NCBI RefSeq assembly: GCF_000011805.1
Contig: NC_006840.2
Reading direction: 5' to 3' (one strand)
Source: Aliivibrio fischeri ES114
GTDB lineage: Bacteria > Pseudomonadota > Gammaproteobacteria > Enterobacterales > Vibrionaceae
Length of the DNA stretch: 32,000 bases
The notes beneath the pieces were generated by a model, which was not told the origin of the DNA, did not search any database, and saw nothing but the letters and a program-made list of their open reading frames with translations. The position numbers and the translations under genes were made by a program. Shown in pieces: positions 20,962-29,690 of this stretch. How positions within the stretch are numbered: the first letter of the stretch is position 1; each line of letters begins with the position of its first letter.

Positions 20962-21036
20962 ACGTTTTTGACGTTAAAAAAAGTTATTTTGCCGTTTTTA
21001 ACGGTAATCCAAATTGACGTTTTGATCCGAAAACGG
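20962..21036. promoter_or_regulatory. Array of three ACG/CGT-core dyads in the chb control region (candidate ChiS or other activator sites)
   Basis: The three dyads are AACGT-ttttg-ACGTT (20962-20976), CCGTT-ttt-AACGG (20993-21005) and CGTTTT-gatccg-AAAACG (21019-21036). Their centres are ~30 and ~28.5 bp apart. CGTTTT occurs three times directly and once inverted, and TTGACGTT occurs twice (20969, 21015). Confidence 0.4.
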
Positions 21037-21130
21037 TTTCCTATACATGCCCAAGGCCTACAGACCACTCAAAAACCATTAGAAAGGCAATTTGGAAAAA
21101 TGGATTTGAGGTAAGCCTTTAATGTGTGTT

Positions 21131-21145
21131 TATCAAATTGATAAA
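21131..21145. promoter_or_regulatory. Perfect 15-bp palindrome proximal to cbp (candidate operator)
   Basis: TTATCAA-A-TTGATAA lies 44-58 bp upstream of the cbp ATG. It overlaps the only plausible proximal -35/-10 pair (TTTATC ... TATATC at 21153-21158). Confidence 0.35.
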
Positions 21146-21188
21146 GACGTATATATCGTGAAACTAAAGCAAAGAGTAAGGAACAGCT

Positions 21189-22862
21189 ATGCTTGCCAAT
21201 ATTAAAAAAACTACATTAGCTGCTGCAGTACTTGCAGCAACAACGGGTTTTGCAGCTACAGATGCAGCGGCACGAAGTGAGCTAACAGTAGTACCAGATT
21301 TCTACCCTACAATGATCCAAAACTTTAACCCATACCTTGCAACTAACCTTCGTACAACAACAGATTTTGTTTACGAACCACTAGTTATCTTTAATGAAAT
21401 GCATGGTAACAAACCAGTTATGCGTCTTGCGGAAGATTTCCGTATGTCTGATGACCTTATGAGTGTAACTTTTGACATTCGTAAAGGTGTTAAATGGTCT
21501 GATGGTGAGAAATTCACAGCTGACGACGTAATTTACTCTTATAACCTACTAAAAGATAAGCCAGAGCTTGATCAACGCGGTATCAATAAGTGGGTTACAA
21601 ACGTTGAACGTGTAAATGAATACCAAGTTAAATTCAGCCTATCTGAAGCTAACTCAAACGTTCCATACGAAATTTCACTAGTTCCAATCGTTGCTGAGCA
21701 CATTTGGTCTAAAGTGAAAGATCCAACAACATTTACAAATGAAAACCCAGTAGGTACAGGTCCATTTACTGAGATCGATACTTTTACACCTCAACTTTAC
21801 ATTCAGTGTCGTAACCCTAACTACTGGGATAACGATAACCTAGATGTGGACTGTTTACGTGTACCTCAAATCGCAAACAACGACCAATTACTAGGTAAGA
21901 TTGTTAACTCTGAACTAGACTGGACTTCTTCTTTCGTTCCAGATATCGATCGTACATACGCTTCAGCAAGTCCTAACCACCAATACTGGTACCCGCCATC
22001 AGGTACACAAGCATTCATGGTTAACTTCAAAAACCCTGATGCAGCTAAAAACGAAGCGTTAACAAACGTTGAGTTCCGTCGTGCTATGGGTATGGCTCTT
22101 GACCGTCAAACAATCATTGATATCGCATTCTACGGCGGCGGTACTGTGAATGATTTCGCATCTGGTCTTGGTTATGCATTTGAAGCATGGTCTGATGAAG
22201 ATACTCATAACAAGTATAAGAAATTCAACACATACAACGTTGAAGGCGCTAAAAAGCAACTAGCTAAAGCTGGCTTTAAAGACGTAAACGGCGATGGATA
22301 TGTTGATACTCCATCAGGTAAACCTTTCGAGCTTCTAATCCAATCACCAAACGGCTGGACTGACTTTAACAACACAGTTCAACTTGCTGTAGAGCAATTA
22401 GATGAAGTTGGTATCAAAGCGAAAGCTCGTACTCCTGAGTTCGCGGTATACAACCAAGCAATGCTAGAAGGTACTTATGATGTAGCTTACACAAACTACT
22501 TCCACGGTGCCGATCCACACCTATACTGGAACAGTGCTTACAACTCAGCACTTCAAGAAGGTGATGGTATGCCTCGTTTCGCAATGCACTACTTCAAAGA
22601 TGCGAAACTTGATGCTCTACTTGATAGCTTCTACAAAACAGCTGATCGTGATGAGCAATTAGAAATCGCTCATGGCATTCAGAAAATCATCGCTGAAAAC
22701 CAAGTAACACTCCCTGTGATGTCTGGTGCTTACATGTACCAATACAACACAAAACGCTTCAGCGGTTGGTGGAACGAGAAGAATCCTAAGGGCCGTCCAA
22801 ATATCTGGGCTGGTATCCCTGAGCGTCTTCTACACGTTCTTGACCTAAAACCTGTTAAGTAA
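21189..22862 (+). CDS. cbp: Chitin oligosaccharide (chitobiose) binding protein CBP, the ABC transporter periplasmic component (SBP family 5)
   Basis: 557 aa. It has a signal peptide (MLANIKKTTLAAAVLAATTGFAATDAAA) and a Dpp/Opp-type SBP_bac_5 fold. It is the first gene of the operon after chiS, as VC0620 is in V. cholerae. A strong AAGGA RBS is present. Confidence 0.88.
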   Translation: MLANIKKTTLAAAVLAATTGFAATDAAARSELTVVPDFYPTMIQNFNPYLATNLRTTTDFVYEPLVIFNEMHGNKPVMRLAEDFRMSDDLMSVTFDIRKGVKWSDGEKFTADDVIYSYNLLKDKPELDQRGINKWVTNVERVNEYQVKFSLSEANSNVPYEISLVPIVAEHIWSKVKDPTTFTNENPVGTGPFTEIDTFTPQLYIQCRNPNYWDNDNLDVDCLRVPQIANNDQLLGKIVNSELDWTSSFVPDIDRTYASASPNHQYWYPPSGTQAFMVNFKNPDAAKNEALTNVEFRRAMGMALDRQTIIDIAFYGGGTVNDFASGLGYAFEAWSDEDTHNKYKKFNTYNVEGAKKQLAKAGFKDVNGDGYVDTPSGKPFELLIQSPNGWTDFNNTVQLAVEQLDEVGIKAKARTPEFAVYNQAMLEGTYDVAYTNYFHGADPHLYWNSAYNSALQEGDGMPRFAMHYFKDAKLDALLDSFYKTADRDEQLEIAHGIQKIIAENQVTLPVMSGAYMYQYNTKRFSGWWNEKNPKGRPNIWAGIPERLLHVLDLKPVK

Positions 22863-22877
22863 TATGTAACTGTCTTT

Positions 22878-22900
22878 GCGGTGCACCCTTTGTGCACCGC
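22878..22900 (+). other. Intercistronic GC-rich RNA hairpin after cbp (no U-tract)
   Basis: GCGGTGCAC-ccttt-GTGCACCGC is a perfect 9-bp stem with 7 G:C pairs, starting 16 nt after the cbp stop. It is followed by the C-rich run CTATTCCCCCCCTTCCC rather than by T residues. Confidence 0.6.
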
Positions 22901-23010
22901 CTATTCCCCCCCTTCCCTACTAGCTAAAGGAATGGCGCTCGTCGTCAGGGGATTTTATGTCCTGATTTCCAGGTCAGGCAAACAATATCTGGATGAGTAA
23001 GGTGTGAGTT

Positions 23011-23997
23011 ATGGGATTTTTTCTAAGACGTTTATCGTTCTATTTTATTGCGTTGGTCGTTGCTGCAACGATTAACTTTATCATTCCGCGAGCAATGCCA
23101 GGTGACCCTGTTGTCATGATGTTCGCTAATGCAACCACTCAGGTAACTCCTGAGCGTATTGAAGCAATGAAACAATTGCTTGGCTTTGTTGATGGCCCTC
23201 TATATGAGCAATACTTTATCTACATCAAAAATATCCTAACTTGGGAATTAGGTACTTCTATCAAATTCTATCCGCTAAGTGTAAATGATTTACTTGGTGG
23301 TGCATTTGGTTGGTCATTGTTCCTAGCAGGTACTGCGGTAATTTTATCATTCTCTCTAGGTTCCATTCTTGGCATCTTTGCAGCATGGAAACGCGGTAGT
23401 GCTTACGATACCTTCATCTCTCCAGGGATGCTGGTTATCCAAGCGGTACCTCAAGTGGTTATTGCTATGTTAGCTATGTTTACCTTTGCTGTCGGTTTGA
23501 AATGGTTCCCTACTGGCTACGCATATACTCCAGGCACCATTCCTGATTGGACAGACTGGGCATTCATTAAAGATGTTGCTTATCACGCTATTCTTCCACT
23601 TTTTTGTGCGTCTATCGTTCAAATTGGTGGCTTCCTAATTAACATGCGTAACAACATGATTAACCTACTTGGTGAAGACTACATCACCATGGCTAAAGGT
23701 AAAGGCTTAAGCGAAAACCGCGTTGTATTTAACTATGCAGCACGAAACGCAATGCTTCCGAGTGTTACCGCTCTATCAATGTCATTAGGTATGGCAATTG
23801 GTGGTCAGTTAATCGTTGAAATTATCTTCAACTACCCAGGTCTTGGTTCTGTACTATTTAATGCAATCACTTCTCGTGACTACCAAGTTCTTCAAGGTCA
23901 GCTGCTTATCATGACTCTGTTCATGCTGTTCTTTAACCTTCTTGCTGACATGTTATACGTTGTTCTAGACCCTCGCCTACGCAAGGGAGGAAAATAA
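23011..23997 (+). CDS. Chitobiose ABC transporter permease 1 (DppB/OppB-like)
   Basis: 328 aa with 6 TM helices and the BPD_transp_1 EAA-type loop (DYITMAKGKGLSENRVVFNYAARNA). An AAGGTG RBS is present. Confidence 0.88.
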   Translation: MGFFLRRLSFYFIALVVAATINFIIPRAMPGDPVVMMFANATTQVTPERIEAMKQLLGFVDGPLYEQYFIYIKNILTWELGTSIKFYPLSVNDLLGGAFGWSLFLAGTAVILSFSLGSILGIFAAWKRGSAYDTFISPGMLVIQAVPQVVIAMLAMFTFAVGLKWFPTGYAYTPGTIPDWTDWAFIKDVAYHAILPLFCASIVQIGGFLINMRNNMINLLGEDYITMAKGKGLSENRVVFNYAARNAMLPSVTALSMSLGMAIGGQLIVEIIFNYPGLGSVLFNAITSRDYQVLQGQLLIMTLFMLFFNLLADMLYVVLDPRLRKGGK

Positions 23998-23999
23998 TA

Positions 24000-25025
24000 A
24001 TGAAAGGCTTAATTAAACTACTTTCAGGTAACCCTAAATCTCTGTTTGGTTTAGGTATCCTATTCATGTTTATCTTCATTGCTGTATTCGCACCATTCCT
24101 TAGCGACCATGCTCCAGATAAACGTACTGGTAAACCACATGAATACCCAAGCTTTGTGGTAAACGCTGCTGAGAATAATCCTGAAGGATGGGTTGCCGAA
24201 AACCTAGCAACCGACCGCCGTACATTACTGATGTCTAAAAAAGCAGATCACGTAATGGGTACAACTCGTATGGGTCGTGACGTTTGGTCTCAACTTGCAC
24301 ACGGTGCACGCGTATCACTTGCTGTTGGCTTTGGTGCTGGTGTTGTTGTTTGTTTCTTAGCAACCATCATCGGTGTTTCTGCGGGTTACTTTGGCGGTAA
24401 AGTTGATGATGTATTAACAGCAGCAATGAACATCATGCTTGTTATACCTCAATATCCACTACTATTCGTTCTTGCAGCATTTATTGGTGAGGCTGGGCCA
24501 ATGACCATTGCCCTCATTATCGGTTGTACCTCCTGGGCTTGGGGCGCACGTGTAATTCGTTCTCAAACCTTAGCACTACGTGAAAAAGAATTCGTTAAGG
24601 CAGCAGAAGTTCTTGGTGAATCAGCATGGCGCATTATCTTTGTTGAGATTCTTCCAAACCTTATCTCTATCGTTGGTGCAAGTTTCATTGGCTCAGTGAT
24701 GTACGCAATCATGATGGAAGCAACCATCTCGTTCTTAGGTCTTGGTGACCCAAGTACAATCAGTTGGGGCATCATGCTTTACAACGTACAAACATCATCA
24801 TCAATTCTAATTGGCGCATGGTGGGAACTGATTGCTCCTTGTATGGCTCTGACGCTACTAGCAATTGGTCTAGCAATGCTTAACTTTGCGGTAGATGAAA
24901 TTGCGAACCCTCAATTACGTTCTCATAAAGGTATGAAACGTTGGAAGCAAATGGCTGCACAAGATACCGAAGAGCGTAAGCCAGATTTAGGTAAACCAGA
25001 ATTAAATTGGAACAGGGAAGATTAA
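24000..25025 (+). CDS. Chitobiose ABC transporter permease 2 (DppC/OppC-like)
   Basis: 341 aa with the EAA loop (EFVKAAEVLGESAWRIIFVEILPN). The start is 2 nt after the upstream stop, with a GGAGG RBS, so translation is probably coupled. Confidence 0.88.
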   Translation: MKGLIKLLSGNPKSLFGLGILFMFIFIAVFAPFLSDHAPDKRTGKPHEYPSFVVNAAENNPEGWVAENLATDRRTLLMSKKADHVMGTTRMGRDVWSQLAHGARVSLAVGFGAGVVVCFLATIIGVSAGYFGGKVDDVLTAAMNIMLVIPQYPLLFVLAAFIGEAGPMTIALIIGCTSWAWGARVIRSQTLALREKEFVKAAEVLGESAWRIIFVEILPNLISIVGASFIGSVMYAIMMEATISFLGLGDPSTISWGIMLYNVQTSSSILIGAWWELIAPCMALTLLAIGLAMLNFAVDEIANPQLRSHKGMKRWKQMAAQDTEERKPDLGKPELNWNRED

Positions 25026-25026
25026 T

Positions 25027-26010
25027 ATGACTGACCCACAAATTTCTATCCGCAATCTGTGTGTGGATTACATTACTGACGCTGGTGATGTACGAGCTGT
25101 AAACAATGTGAGTTTTGACATTGGTAAAGGTGAAGTCTTTGGTCTAGCAGGCGAATCAGGTTGTGGTAAATCAACCGTAGCATTCTCTTTAATGCGCCTG
25201 CATAAGCCGCCAGCATTCATTACCGGTGGTGAAGTGTTCTTCGATGGTAAAGATATTTTAAAGTACAGCGATGCTCAAATGCAGGCATTCCGTTGGAGTG
25301 AAATGTCAATGGTATTCCAAAGTGCCATGAACGCATTGAACCCAGTACTAACGATGGAAGAACAATTTTGTGACGTAATTATGCGCCACACAACCATGAC
25401 TCGTGAACAAGCCATTTCTCGTGCGCAAGGTTTACTTGAAATTGTTGATATTCACCCTAGTCGTTTGACTGATTACCCACACCAGTTCTCTGGTGGTATG
25501 CGTCAACGTTTAGTTATTGCAATTGCGTTAGCGTTAAACCCGAAAATGATCATTATGGATGAACCAACTACTGCTCTTGATGTAGTTGTTCAACGTGAGA
25601 TCTTACAAAAAATCTATGCGCTTAAAGAAGAATTTGGTTTCTCTATTCTGTTTATTACGCACGATTTATCGTTAATGGTTGAGTTCTCTGATCGTATTGG
25701 GATCATGTATTCAGGTGAATTAATCGAAGTTGCTTCTTCTAAAGAAATCTTAACTTCGCCTTATCACCCATATACAAAAGGCCTTGGTAGCTCATTCCCA
25801 CCGTTAACAGGACCAAAAACGAAATTAACAGGGATCCCAGGAAACCCTCTAAATTTACTAGAGATTCCACAAGGCTGTCGCTTCCAAGCTCGCTGTGATC
25901 GTGTACATGAAGCATGTCGTTCGATTCCAACACAGCTTCGTCAGATCGAGCCTGGACACTTGTCAAACTGTCACCTTTACGGTGAAACCATTGCACAAGT
26001 AAAAGCATAA
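25027..26010 (+). CDS. Chitobiose ABC transporter ATP-binding protein 1 (DppD/OppD-like)
   Basis: 327 aa with Walker A GESGCGKS, signature FSGGMRQR and Walker B IIMDEPTTALD. The C-terminal oligopeptide-type Cys-rich extension (CRFQARC...C) is present. Confidence 0.9.
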   Translation: MTDPQISIRNLCVDYITDAGDVRAVNNVSFDIGKGEVFGLAGESGCGKSTVAFSLMRLHKPPAFITGGEVFFDGKDILKYSDAQMQAFRWSEMSMVFQSAMNALNPVLTMEEQFCDVIMRHTTMTREQAISRAQGLLEIVDIHPSRLTDYPHQFSGGMRQRLVIAIALALNPKMIIMDEPTTALDVVVQREILQKIYALKEEFGFSILFITHDLSLMVEFSDRIGIMYSGELIEVASSKEILTSPYHPYTKGLGSSFPPLTGPKTKLTGIPGNPLNLLEIPQGCRFQARCDRVHEACRSIPTQLRQIEPGHLSNCHLYGETIAQVKA

Positions 26011-26032
26011 AACGGATTTTCTGGAGTAAATT

Positions 26033-27028
26033 ATGAGCAAAGAATTTGGCGAATTACTGATTGAAGGTAAGAATCTGGTTAAAGATTTCCCTGTAAGCAG
26101 TAACGCACTTAAAAACCCAATGATGCGTGCGATTAATGACGTATCTTTCAAAATGTACAAAAGCCGTGGTCTTTCTGTTGTAGGTGAATCTGGTTCAGGT
26201 AAATCCACCACAGCAAAAATGATAGCAAAAATGTATGCACCAACAGATGGTGTAATCGAATATAAAGGTCGTGATATTCAAACTATCGTTAAGAAAAACG
26301 ATTTAATGACTTATCGCGAAGGTGTTCAAATGGTATGGCAAGATCCGTTTGGTTCTTTAAACCCTACTCACAACATCTTCCACCATATTGCTCGTCCTCT
26401 TCTTATCCATAAGAAAGTGACTCCAGGCAATAAAAAGGAATTAGAAGAGCGCGTTTACGATCTTCTAGAACAAGTTGGCTTGATCCCACCTAAAGAAACT
26501 GCGGCAAAGTTCCCGCACCAACTTTCAGGTGGCCAACGTCAACGTGTAAACCTTGCAAGAAACATTGCTGTTGGTGCTGAAGTGGTATTAGCTGACGAAC
26601 CAACCTCAATGCTTGATGTGTCGATTCGTGCTGGTGTTCTAAACCTAATGGAAGAGATGAAGTTCGAGAAAAAAATGTCTCTTCTTTATATCACTCACGA
26701 TATCGCAACTGCACGTTACATTGCAGAAGATCTTGCAGTTATGTATGTCGGTCATATGGTTGAATGGGGTGATACGGATGAGATCATCCACGATCCACAA
26801 CACCCATATACTCAACTACTTGTATCAGCAGTTCCAGATCCAAGTAAGTCGATTCATACAGAACTAAAAGGCAACAAAGGTGAAATTCCATTATGGACAC
26901 CTGAATCAGTAGGCTGTCCTTTTGCTGGCCGCTGTCTTCACGCAAGTGCTAAATGTAAAGAACAAATGCCTGGCGTAACAAAACTGTCAGACAACCATTT
27001 TGTTCGTTGTTACTTATACGAAAATTAA
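26033..27028 (+). CDS. Chitobiose ABC transporter ATP-binding protein 2 (DppF/OppF-like)
   Basis: 331 aa with Walker A GESGSGKS, signature LSGGQRQR and Walker B VLADEPTSMLD. The C-terminal extension carries Cys residues (CPFAGRC...C). Confidence 0.9.
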   Translation: MSKEFGELLIEGKNLVKDFPVSSNALKNPMMRAINDVSFKMYKSRGLSVVGESGSGKSTTAKMIAKMYAPTDGVIEYKGRDIQTIVKKNDLMTYREGVQMVWQDPFGSLNPTHNIFHHIARPLLIHKKVTPGNKKELEERVYDLLEQVGLIPPKETAAKFPHQLSGGQRQRVNLARNIAVGAEVVLADEPTSMLDVSIRAGVLNLMEEMKFEKKMSLLYITHDIATARYIAEDLAVMYVGHMVEWGDTDEIIHDPQHPYTQLLVSAVPDPSKSIHTELKGNKGEIPLWTPESVGCPFAGRCLHASAKCKEQMPGVTKLSDNHFVRCYLYEN

Positions 27029-27076
27029 TTTCATTTGTAATTCTGAACAGCAGTAATTGGTATTTTGGAGAAATAG

Positions 27077-28795
27077 ATGCAACTGTTAACTAACCATATT
27101 GGATATGAAACAAACGGACCGAAATCAGCAGTATTATTGGCTACCACTGCCCTTACGCAGCCAATATCAGGTCATATTGTTTGTACTCAAACACAAGAGG
27201 TCAAATACCGTTTTTCTATTTCTTCATCAGACCAAGTCGCTCATTGGCATCAAGGTTATTTTGCTGAGATAACATTTACTGATTTTACTGAAGAAGGTGA
27301 ATTCATTCTTGTTATCGAAGGTGCAATGTCTCACTCTTTTGTTATCAAAACCAACTTATTAATGGCGCACACATTTTCTGATGTTATGCACTATTTTAAA
27401 TCACAACGATGTGGTGGGATTTTCGATAAACAAGATAAACAAGCTCCTTTATTAAATAGCAACGAAACCGTCGATGTTCATGGCGGTTGGTATGATGCAT
27501 CCGGTGATGTGAGTAAATACCTTAGTCACTTATCTTATGCTAATTACCTTAATCCCCAGCAAATTCCGATGGTTGTTTGGAATATGCTCAAAGGATTAGA
27601 ACTAACACAAAACCTATCGGATTTTGCCGCTTTCTCTCGCACCCGTCTTACGGAAGAGGCGTTATTTGGTGCAGACTTCCTAGTTCGAATGCAAAATCCG
27701 GCAGGTTTCTTTTATATGACCATCTTTGATAAGTGGAGTAAAGATATCAATCAACGTGATATTTGTGCTTATGCCACTCAAGAAGGTCATAAATCCGATG
27801 ATTATCAAGCAGGATTCCGCCAAGGTGGCGGCGTATCTATCGCTGCGCTAGCCGCTGCATCCCAATTAACACTTGATGGCGAATTTACTCGCGAAGAATA
27901 CTTGGCCGCAGCAACTAAAGGCTACTGGCACTTAAAAGAAAACAACCTTAGTTATTTAAATAATGGCGAAGAAAACATTATCGATGAATATTGTGCTCTT
28001 CTTGCTGTTATTGAACTATTTAAAGCAACACAAGAAAATAACTTCTTAATTGAAGCTCGAATTTGGGCCGATAAACTTTCTGCTCGTCAACAAAGTGATG
28101 ATAATTTCTCACACTTCTGGTCAGCGACTGATAATGGCGAACGTCCATACTTTCACGCTGCAGAAGCGGGCCTTCCCGTTATTGCTCTCTCTCAATACTT
28201 AGAAATAGAAACTGATAATAGTCGAAAAGCTCATACTCAATTAGTTATCAATCAAGCGGTTGAATTTGAACTGGCTATTTCATCTGAGACATTCAATCCA
28301 TTTGGCTACCCAAGACAATACGTTAAAGCCGTTAATGGTCAAAAACGCAGTGCTTTCTTTGTTGCTCACGACAATGAATCCGGCTACTGGTGGCAAGGCG
28401 AAAATGCTCGACTCGGATCTCTAGCGAGTATGAGCTACCTTGTGTTACCACACCTAACCTCTAACGAGTTAAAACAAAGACTAGCCGCATTTGCTCAACA
28501 TAATCTGAATTGGGTACTAGGTCTAAATCCTTATGACATGTGTATGTTAGACGGCCATGGCCACAATAACCCTGATTACCTTCCTCATCTTGGTTTCTTT
28601 AATGCCAAAGGTGGTGTTTGTAATGGAATTACTGGTGGTTTTGAAGACGAAGAAGATATTGCATTTAATCCTGCACCACATGGCGATGATATGTTGCAAA
28701 ACTGGCGTTGGGGTGAGCAATGGATCCCTCATGGCGCATGGTATCTGTTAGCGATTATGTCTCAATCCGCTTATTACTCAGTTCAAGGAGCATAA
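27077..28795 (+). CDS. Cytoplasmic glycoside hydrolase family 9 protein (annotated 'endoglucanase-related' in vibrios; probable exo-beta-D-glucosaminidase/cellobiase-type enzyme)
   Basis: 572 aa with no signal peptide. It has an N-terminal Ig-like CelD_N-type domain followed by an (alpha/alpha)6 domain with the GH9 signature HGGWYDASGD. It occupies the same operon slot as V. cholerae VC0615. A Photobacterium homologue has been reported as an exo-beta-D-glucosaminidase. Confidence 0.8.
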   Translation: MQLLTNHIGYETNGPKSAVLLATTALTQPISGHIVCTQTQEVKYRFSISSSDQVAHWHQGYFAEITFTDFTEEGEFILVIEGAMSHSFVIKTNLLMAHTFSDVMHYFKSQRCGGIFDKQDKQAPLLNSNETVDVHGGWYDASGDVSKYLSHLSYANYLNPQQIPMVVWNMLKGLELTQNLSDFAAFSRTRLTEEALFGADFLVRMQNPAGFFYMTIFDKWSKDINQRDICAYATQEGHKSDDYQAGFRQGGGVSIAALAAASQLTLDGEFTREEYLAAATKGYWHLKENNLSYLNNGEENIIDEYCALLAVIELFKATQENNFLIEARIWADKLSARQQSDDNFSHFWSATDNGERPYFHAAEAGLPVIALSQYLEIETDNSRKAHTQLVINQAVEFELAISSETFNPFGYPRQYVKAVNGQKRSAFFVAHDNESGYWWQGENARLGSLASMSYLVLPHLTSNELKQRLAAFAQHNLNWVLGLNPYDMCMLDGHGHNNPDYLPHLGFFNAKGGVCNGITGGFEDEEDIAFNPAPHGDDMLQNWRWGEQWIPHGAWYLLAIMSQSAYYSVQGA

Positions 28796-28797
28796 TC

Positions 28798-29673
28798 ATG
28801 ACGCATTTATATGTCGGTATTGATGGTGGCGGTACATCTTGTCGAGCTCGTATTCGCAATGAACAAGGTGAATTATTAGGTGAAGCAAAAAGCGGAAGCG
28901 CTAATATCCTACTTGGTGTTGATGTAGCAATGAATTCAATCATTGACGCCATCACTCAAGCTACTGCACAACATAATTTAACGGATGCGGATTTCTCTCG
29001 CATGCACCTTGGTTTGGCTCTTGCTGGCGCTGAACAAAAATCAGCTTGGCATAACTTTATGCAACAAGCTCACCCTTTTGCCTCAATGGTTCTTAATACC
29101 GATGCCTACGGCGCTTGTCTAGGTGCTCATAACGGTGAGAATGGCGCGATAATGATCGCAGGCACAGGCTCTTGTGGCATCTATATTAGCAACGGTCAAC
29201 AACATGTTGTTGGTGGGCGCGAGTTCCCTATTTCAGATCAAGGCGGCGGCGCTATTATGGGACTTCGTTTAATTCAATATACCCTATTGGCCTCCGATGG
29301 TATTAAACCTACCACTGCTCTTACCGAACACGTATTAGCGTACTTTGAGAATGATATCGATAGTATCGTTGATTGGTCTAAAACGGCTCGTCCTTGTGAT
29401 TATGGTCAGTTCTCACCTGCTATTTTTGAACTTGCATTAAAAGGAGACACGCTTGCTATCGATATGCTGCAACAAACAGCAAGCGATATTGAAATGTTTT
29501 TAACCGCACTAAACAAAAAAGGAGCTACAAAAATCGCTCTTATGGGAAGTATTGGTGAACGCATTGTTGAATGGCTATCGCCTTCTATTCGTCAATATTT
29601 AGTACAGCCGCAATTTGATGCCATTGAAGGTGGCATTATGATGGCAAGAAACAAAGAACATAACCTGTTCTAG
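28798..29673 (+). CDS. gspK: Glucosamine / N-acetylglucosamine kinase (BadF/BadG/BcrA/BcrD ATPase family; GspK-like)
   Basis: 291 aa from the ATG at 28798, with an AAGGAG RBS 7 nt upstream. The start is 2 nt after the GH9 stop. The N-terminal phosphate-1 motif is LYVGIDGGGTSCRARI, and GTGS and DQGGGA motifs are present. It occupies the slot of VC0614, the glucosamine-specific kinase of the V. cholerae operon. The track ORF start at 28720 overlaps the GH9 gene and I rejected it. Confidence 0.8.
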   Translation: MTHLYVGIDGGGTSCRARIRNEQGELLGEAKSGSANILLGVDVAMNSIIDAITQATAQHNLTDADFSRMHLGLALAGAEQKSAWHNFMQQAHPFASMVLNTDAYGACLGAHNGENGAIMIAGTGSCGIYISNGQQHVVGGREFPISDQGGGAIMGLRLIQYTLLASDGIKPTTALTEHVLAYFENDIDSIVDWSKTARPCDYGQFSPAIFELALKGDTLAIDMLQQTASDIEMFLTALNKKGATKIALMGSIGERIVEWLSPSIRQYLVQPQFDAIEGGIMMARNKEHNLF

Positions 29674-29690
29674 TCTTTTATAAGGAAAAG

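Noticed and set aside
20493-21068. ORFs 20493-20768 (+, 91 aa) and 20874-21068 (-, 64 aa) in the chiS-cbp gap.
   Set aside because: The first begins inside chiS in another frame and reads through the chiS terminator. The second runs across the repeat and dyad arrays. Neither has an RBS or a protein-like composition, so the region is better read as regulatory DNA.
22920-22990. Possible ERIC/REP-type repetitive element in the cbp-permease gap (CAGGGGATT resembles part of the ERIC core CTGGGGATT).
   Set aside because: Only ~7-8 nt match, the characteristic long imperfect palindrome of ERIC is absent, and no second copy occurs in the window.
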